Of a stretch of DNA of 32,000 bases, positions 28,368 through 32,000 are shown piece after piece. The notes beneath the pieces were generated by a model. It was given only the letters and a program-made list of their open reading frames with translations. It was not told where the DNA came from and ran no database searches. Position 1 is the first letter of the stretch, and the number at the start of each line of letters is the position of its first letter. Where the stretch lies: assembly GCF_010731535.1 (NCBI RefSeq), contig NZ_AP022581.1, positions 1,155,952 to 1,187,951 of the forward strand, read 5' to 3'. The position numbers and the translations under genes were made by a program. This DNA is from Mycobacterium lacus. Lineage in GTDB: Bacteria; Actinomycetota; Actinomycetes; Mycobacteriales; Mycobacteriaceae.

Positions 28368-28765
28368 CCCTGCACGAGCGGGCGCTACTCGACACGTCCG
28401 TTGTGATCGACTACCCGGCCAATGCCGTTGCCGCGCATGCGTCCGCGGCCGCGGTCAGCACCATCACGCTTGCCGAGCTATCCTACGGCTTGCACACCGC
28501 CGATCCGCTGCTCAACGCCGCTCGCGAGCAGCGCTATCACTGGATCATCAATACCTTTGATCCGATTCCCTTCGATACCGGCGCCGCAAGGATCTACGGA
28601 GCATTGTGCGCCACGGTTCGAGCCGTTGGCCGAGACCCGAAGCCGCGCCGATTCGATCTCCTCATTGCGGCGGTAGCCGTCGCGCTCGGAATGCCGCTCA
28701 TTACCCGCAACGAAGCCGATTTCGCAGGAATACACCACGGTTTGGCCATCATCGCTGTCCGGTGA
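28364..28765 (+). CDS. vapC: PIN-domain VapC toxin
   Basis: MTLHERALLDTSVVID...TLAELSYG...DLLIAAVAVALGMPLITRNEADF has the PIN signature, including the TRNxxDF end. Confidence 0.88.
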   Translation: MTLHERALLDTSVVIDYPANAVAAHASAAAVSTITLAELSYGLHTADPLLNAAREQRYHWIINTFDPIPFDTGAARIYGALCATVRAVGRDPKPRRFDLLIAAVAVALGMPLITRNEADFAGIHHGLAIIAVR

Positions 28766-28882
28766 GGCGGTCGACACCGGACCGTTGGAGCAGGCCGCCG
28801 CCCGCGGGGCCGCCGGGTGACAATCGCGGCCACGTCTTCGCTCGCGTTGGGCGTTCGGCATCCACGCGGTCGGCGACCGCGG

Positions 28883-29323
28883 TCACTCGGTCAGGAGCCG
28901 CACAACGAGTCCGCTGTACTGGGTGAAGTCGGCGTCAGTCGTCACCAACTCGAATCCGCCGGTAAACGCGAATGCGGCCAGGTAGGCATCCATCCAGACC
29001 TTGGGTGCCGGCGACTGGCGATCTGCGAACCTTCTCCATTGGGCCTCCAAGCCATCGGGTTCCCGACCGGCCATCACGATGCGGTCGTCGTCGAGGAACG
29101 CCGCATAGGCCGCCCATGCGTCGCGGTTGGTCAGTGGTGGGCTGCCATATGCGCCCAGAACGGTCCGATTGGTTAGCAGCCGCAGGAGCGACTGTTGGGT
29201 TGCGCGGCAAAAATGGATGGCTGCGGGCGCATCGATCGTGTCCAGCCACGCGCGCGCGGCACTGTGGTGCCCGTGTCCCGACAAGGCCAACGCGAGCCAG
29301 ATGTTGGTGTCACAGAGCAGCAT
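28883..29323 (-). CDS. vapC: PIN-domain VapC toxin
   Basis: Start at codon 19 of the track ORF. MLLCDTNIWLALAL...WMDAYLAAFAFTGGFELVTTDADF. It overlaps the upstream antitoxin by 14 nt. Confidence 0.85.
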   Translation of the reverse strand: MLLCDTNIWLALALSGHGHHSAARAWLDTIDAPAAIHFCRATQQSLLRLLTNRTVLGAYGSPPLTNRDAWAAYAAFLDDDRIVMAGREPDGLEAQWRRFADRQSPAPKVWMDAYLAAFAFTGGFELVTTDADFTQYSGLVVRLLTE

Positions 29324-29597
29324 CGTCGTGCCCGGATGACCACTCGGCCTCCTGGTCGAGCAAGGCCGCGGCCACACGCTGCGGTGTCATCTCTCGTTCA
29401 CGGGTGGCCGTGCCGCCACACTGCACCAGGGGAAGCCGCACGCGCCGCGGTGTTCGGGCCGCAGGCCCGCTGTCCGCCTGGGAGAGACCGGATCTGAGCA
29501 GTTCGGCCACGACGTCTTTGATCTTGCGGTCCTGCTGCGCCGCGCGAACCTTGATGGCGCGCATCAGTTCGTCAGGCAGGTCGAGCGTGGTTTTCAT
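29310..29597 (-). CDS. vapB: RHH (CopG-like) VapB antitoxin
   Basis: MKTTLDLPDELMRAIKVRAAQQDRKIKDVVAELLRSGL is the typical MxTTLDLxDxL VapB N-terminus. Confidence 0.82.
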   Translation of the reverse strand: MKTTLDLPDELMRAIKVRAAQQDRKIKDVVAELLRSGLSQADSGPAARTPRRVRLPLVQCGGTATREREMTPQRVAAALLDQEAEWSSGHDDAAL

Positions 29598-29602
29598 AAA
29601 CC

Positions 29603-29627
29603 CAGTATACTGTTTTTATGTTTTTAT
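29603..29627. promoter_or_regulatory. Palindrome with embedded -10 hexamer and an AT-rich tandem repeat upstream of vapB (minus strand)
   Basis: CAGTATACTG is a perfect 10-bp palindrome (29603-29612). On the minus strand TATACT sits exactly 6 nt before the ATG (29597). It is followed by GTTTTTAT GTTTTTAT (29612-29627). Confidence 0.55.
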
Positions 29628-29669
29628 TCCTATCTGGCGAGCGGGGGTGAACACCCGGCACGACCGGTA

Positions 29670-29866
29670 TGCAGTTTGCACAAGTGGTCCTTCGCGCATT
29701 GGAGATCTTGCCCGTGTGCTGTGGTGATGGCCGTGTGATCATCGGCGCGCAAAGCGAAATCGCTGGTCATGCACCAGGGCAACGGCCAGCCTGAGATCGC
29801 TATCCGCCTCCTGGCGGCTTCGCCAGTCAAAGGATTGAGGCGTCTACAGACCCTGGGAGGTTGCGG
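29670..29866 (+). repeat. PE-gene leader, copy B (~197 bp)
   Basis: Gap-free hand alignment with 30934-31129 over most of its length. Shared blocks: ATTGGA.AT.TTGCCCGTGTG, TCGCTGGTCA, CAGCC.GAGATCGCT, CTCCTGG.G..TTCGCCAG, and a GGGAG SD. Confidence 0.7.
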
Positions 29867-30020
29867 ATGTCGTTTGTGGTGGTGGCGCCGGAGTTGGTGG
29901 CTGCGGCTGCCGCGGATGTGGCGCGGATCGGTTCAACGATCAACGCGGCCAATTCGGCGGCACGGGGCGGCACCGGCAACAACGGCCTCGGCGGCAACGG
30001 CGGTGGGGCCAGCCGGGGTG
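29867..30020 (+). pseudogene. PE_PGRS remnant: the first ~32 PE codons fused directly to a few GGxGG repeats
   Basis: [32 protein letters not shown]|RGGTGNNGLGGNGGGAS... The PE domain (normally ~95 aa) is internally deleted. The track ORF 29861..30583 then continues antisense through mazFE and is not credible as a protein. Confidence 0.7.
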
Positions 30021-30117
30021 CCGTGATCCCCCCTCGGGCGGCCACCTTGGCGCCCCGGTGGCTCGGGCGGGGCCAGCGGTATCCCCTGATCCGGTCCGGG
30101 CGGTTGGGTCTGGAACG

Positions 30118-30426
30118 TCAGCAGCCGGTGCTGGCGCGCAGGGTGTGGCAGACCTGGTGGAGCCGTGCCGGGGATAAGCGGGTGATGCGGCGTCGAAACG
30201 CGGAACGCGGCAGGGTGTGGATGTTGTCGAAGTTGACCACGCAGTCGCTGGGCACGCGGTCGTCGGAGACGGTTAGTGCCAGCTCGGAGACCAGTCCTCG
30301 GCGGGTGCGGGTCAGTGCTGCGACGACGACGGCGCCGATCCGGTCTGCGACCGGATCTCGGGTGAGGATGAGCACGGGCCGGTCGCCGCCGGGGGTTGCG
30401 GCGAACCAGAGTTCACCGCGGCGCAT
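30118..30426 (-). CDS. mazF: MazF/PemK-family endoribonuclease toxin
   Basis: MRRGELWFAATPGGDRPVLILTRDPVADRIGAVVVAALTRTRRGL.SEL.L......PSDCVVNFDNIHTLPRSAF shows the MazF pattern (RGE.W, RPVLIL, V.P.T...RG). It overlaps the upstream antitoxin by 14 nt. Confidence 0.85.
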   Translation of the reverse strand: MRRGELWFAATPGGDRPVLILTRDPVADRIGAVVVAALTRTRRGLVSELALTVSDDRVPSDCVVNFDNIHTLPRSAFRRRITRLSPARLHQVCHTLRASTGC

Positions 30427-30664
30427 CGGCCCAGTCGGCCCAGTCTTCGGCGGGTCCCCAGTCGGCGATCTGGGCCAGGGCTTGCTCGGCGTCTGTCAAC
30501 GGTTGCTCGGCGTAGGCGTGCGCCTCTTGGTCGGCGGCGAGCTCGGCCAGGCGGCGGCGCAACGCATCGCGAAGGAACTCTGATCGGTCGATGTGCAGGC
30601 GCCGCGCCCACCGCTCGGCTTCGGCCGCGTCCGCGTCGTCCGCGCGAAAGCTGATCATCGTCAT
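30413..30664 (-). CDS. mazE: RHH-type MazE antitoxin
   Basis: MTMISFRADDADAAEAERWARRLHIDRSEFLRDALRRRL is RHH-like, with an acidic C-terminal tail (DWGPAEDWADWAD). Position 5' of mazF. Confidence 0.75.
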   Translation of the reverse strand: MTMISFRADDADAAEAERWARRLHIDRSEFLRDALRRRLAELAADQEAHAYAEQPLTDAEQALAQIADWGPAEDWADWADAPR

Positions 30665-30688
30665 ACAACGATTCTAGAGCGTATGACG
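30659..30688. promoter_or_regulatory. Candidate MazE operator spanning the start codon, plus a leaderless-type -10 hexamer
   Basis: CGTCATAC (30659-30666) and GTATGACG (30681-30688) are exact reverse complements. TCTAGA lies between them. On the minus strand TAGAAT (30676-30671) lies exactly 6 nt before ATG 30664. Confidence 0.55.
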
Positions 30689-30710
30689 CCCAGCCGCACG
30701 GTTCCCGCGG

Positions 30711-30821
30711 TCAGGTGACTATCTCGAACTCCACTCGCAACTGCTCGTACCTCTTGACCGCCCGCACGTCACGAGTCAACAGCGATACAAGACGGCCCGC
30801 GGCATCGATGGTTGTAAGCAT
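30711..30821 (-). pseudogene. Orphan, truncated AbrB/SpoVT-type antitoxin remnant
   Basis: 36-codon ORF MLTTIDAAGRLVSLLTRDVRAVKRYEQLRVEFEIVT*. The MxTTID.AGRLV start is the signature of AbrB-type VapB/MazE antitoxins, but the ORF is less than half normal length and no toxin gene follows. TAAAAT lies 7 nt before the ATG on the minus strand. Confidence 0.35.
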
Positions 30822-30933
30822 GGCAGAGATTTTACCGTTTCGGCTGCCATGGCAGATCATCGTCGTACGGTGGTGGTCGCTTGTCGGTCGGATCGTCTTG
30901 GCGCGGTGGAGCATCTCTGGGTCGCGCCGACTG

Positions 30934-31129
30934 TGCACTTTGAACGCGTATTCGTGCACGGATTGGACATTTTGCCCGTGTGTGGGGGGTGAGGCCGCGG
31001 GATGATTGGCGGACGGAGTGTAGTCGCTGGTCAGATACATGTACGACGGGCAGCCGGAGATCGCTTTCGGACTCCTGGTGAGTTCGCCAGCCGCGGGTCG
31101 AGTCGTCGTGAGACTTGGGGAGTTGGCCG
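30934..31129 (+). repeat. PE-gene leader, copy C (~196 bp)
   Basis: Homologous to 29670-29866. The TTTTGCCCGTGTG box at 30970-30982 is the same distance (about 150-160 nt) from the PE ATG as in copy B (29706-29718). Confidence 0.7.
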
Positions 31130-31417
31130 ATGTCGTTTGTGGTGGTGACGCCGGAGTTGCTGGCCGCTGGGGCGGCCGATGTGGCACGGATCGGTTGGAC
31201 GATTAACGCGGCTAATTCGGCGGCGGCGGTGACGACGGCGGTGTTGCCGGCGGCCGGTGATGAGGTGTCGGCGGCGATTGCGGCGTTGTTCGGCACGCAT
31301 GCCGCGGAGTATCAGGCGGTCAGTGCGCAGGTGGCGTTGTTTCACGCTCGGTTTGTGCAGACCCGCATCGCGATGAGCGCCCGGAACGCCGCCTCGGCGT
31401 CGTCGACGGTCAGGTGA
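31130..31417 (+). pseudogene. PE gene truncated after ~78 codons of the PE domain
   Basis: [78 protein letters not shown]|[19 protein letters not shown] similarity ends near 31361-31366, and the remainder is the antisense of the vapC remnant. Confidence 0.75.
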
Positions 31418-31578
31418 TCACCGAGGACGGCTTTGCGCAAAGTGCGCAGCACCTCCAGGGGCATGTGCGCGGGAGCGATCCAATCGTCGTCGGCGATAAT
31501 CGCGGTACGTGCGGAGTCGCCCTGCCCTGCCTGGCTGGCCAACGCCATGACTATGACGTTCGCGTCGATGACGATCAA
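31342..31578 (-). pseudogene. vapC: VapC (PIN) toxin truncated after ~73 residues
   Basis: The TTG start overlaps the antitoxin stop (TTGA). LIVIDANVIVMALASQAG...[43 protein letters not shown]|CTNRA*. It lacks the C-terminal half of a PIN domain (no D.YVALAE or T.D..F motifs). The 217-aa track ORF extension upstream is the antisense of vapB. Confidence 0.7.
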
Positions 31579-31811
31579 TCGTCGTCCTCGCGCCCACGCC
31601 GAACCTCCCGAACCACCTCCTCGCCACTGAGGTCGAGGCTGCGATGCCCGGCAAGGCTCTCGAGTAGCTGCTTGTTGCGCTCGGCGCGGAACTCTCGCTG
31701 CAGAAGTGCGCGCAGGTAGACCTGGGTGGTCTGGCCGCGTGCCGCGGCACGTGCGGCGATGGCGTCGCGCACTTCTTCGGGGACGTCCTTGATCTGAATC
31801 GCAACCGGCAC
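31575..31811 (-). CDS. vapB: RHH (FitA/StbC-like) VapB antitoxin, paralogue of 26572-26817
   Basis: MPVAIQIKDVPEEVRDAIAARAAARGQTTQVYLRALLQRE, compared with MPKTVQIRDIDDEVYAGLVRRAAEEGITVPELLRRE. GTG start. Confidence 0.8.
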   Translation of the reverse strand: MPVAIQIKDVPEEVRDAIAARAAARGQTTQVYLRALLQREFRAERNKQLLESLAGHRSLDLSGEEVVREVRRGREDDD

Positions 31812-31824
31812 TCCTCAACCGTAG

Positions 31825-31843
31825 ATGCGCATGGCATGCGCAT
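31825..31843. promoter_or_regulatory. 19-bp palindrome upstream of vapB (candidate operator)
   Basis: ATGCGCATG g CATGCGCAT, a perfect 9+1+9 palindrome located 14-32 nt upstream of GTG 31811. On the minus strand TACGGT (31823-31818) lies exactly 6 nt before the GTG. Confidence 0.55.
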
Positions 31844-31849
31844 GTAGGA

Positions 31850-32000
31850 CTAGTCGTACCCGTGGCGCATGTCGTCGACGATGCGCGGATTGTCCAGCGT
31901 GGAGGGCTCGAGCGGACGGGGCCGGATGTCGCCCGAGAACGTGGTGGCGGCGTCGAGCACGCGCTGGTCGAGGAAACGCAGCGGCGGCGCATCACGCGGC
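31850..32000 (-). CDS. 3' end of an unidentified conserved gene (partial; the 5' part lies beyond the window end)
   Basis: My translation: ...PRDAPPLRFLDQRVLDAATTFSGDIRPRPLEPSTLDNPRIVDDMRHGYD* with the stop at 31852-31850. About 90% G/C at third codon positions by hand count, which supports coding. I cannot assign a family. Confidence 0.5.
   Translation of the reverse strand, partial: PRDAPPLRFLDQRVLDAATTFSGDIRPRPLEPSTLDNPRIVDDMRHGYD

Noticed and set aside
29735-29830. Candidate small ORFs or peptides in the PE leaders that look conserved between copies B and C (for example VIIGAQSEIAG / MIGGRSVVAG and MHQGNGQPEIAIRLL / MYDGQPEIAFGLL), and similar peptides on the minus strand
   Set aside because: With nucleotide identity this high, every frame looks conserved. 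In my hand alignment, mismatches are not concentrated at one codon phase consistently across the leader, and stop positions differ between copies. I kept it as a non-coding repeat pending a proper test.
29861-30583. 240-aa 'PE' ORF
   Set aside because: Only the first ~50 codons have PE/PGRS character. The rest is antisense to the well-supported mazF and mazE genes.
31342-31995. 217-aa minus-strand ORF
   Set aside because: The N-terminal two-thirds is out of frame over vapB and the upstream gene's 3' end, with Arg/Ser/Pro-rich composition. Only the last 78 codons (from the TTG at 31578) resemble a PIN domain.

Overview
High-GC (roughly two-thirds G+C by eye) chromosomal segment from a slow-growing Mycobacterium close to, but not part of, the M. 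tuberculosis complex. The evidence is PE_PGRS, PE and PPE-MPTR genes, plus proteins that closely resemble H37Rv proteins as I recall them. Gene order follows the H37Rv Rv2629..Rv2603c region in inverted orientation, with several local differences.

(1) 1-7810 is a dormancy (DosR-regulon type) gene block: an Rv2629-like gene, a tgs1-like WS/DGAT, hspX, nrdZ, hrp1, an M50/CBS protease and a tandem USP. A good DosR-type box lies in the hspX/nrdZ divergent region.

(2) 7811-11116 holds small conserved genes (regulator paralogues, small membrane proteins, cupin, DUF1990), two decayed gene fragments and a structured AT-rich operator region.

(3) 11489-13303 is a 604-aa PE_PGRS gene. It is followed by a GT2 glycosyltransferase that has lower GC and a strongly AT-rich 5' flank.

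(4) 14875-21347 is the conserved thrS-HIT-pgsA1-acyltransferase-pimA-Nudix operon, with overlapping start and stop codons.

(5) 21332-26510 carries a PPE-MPTR gene (minus strand), then pdxS-tesB2-pdxT and a YebC-family gene.

(6) 26511-31850 is the most unusual part. It is a 5.3-kb mosaic of five type II toxin-antitoxin loci (three RHH- or Phd-type VapB/VapC pairs, MazEF, and one VapBC with a truncated toxin) plus an orphan AbrB-type antitoxin remnant. These are interleaved with three PE-gene copies in different states of decay, two of which carry a conserved leader of about 197 bp.

Every antitoxin gene has a TANNNT hexamer 6-7 nt from its start codon, which is leaderless-mRNA geometry, next to or overlapping inverted repeats that are candidate operators.

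I found no rRNA, tRNA, CRISPR array, IS element or integrase. I cannot support a claim of a wholly new multi-gene system. The TA/PE mosaic and its regulatory architecture are the best candidates for follow-up. The many long antisense ORFs in the track are high-GC shadow ORFs.
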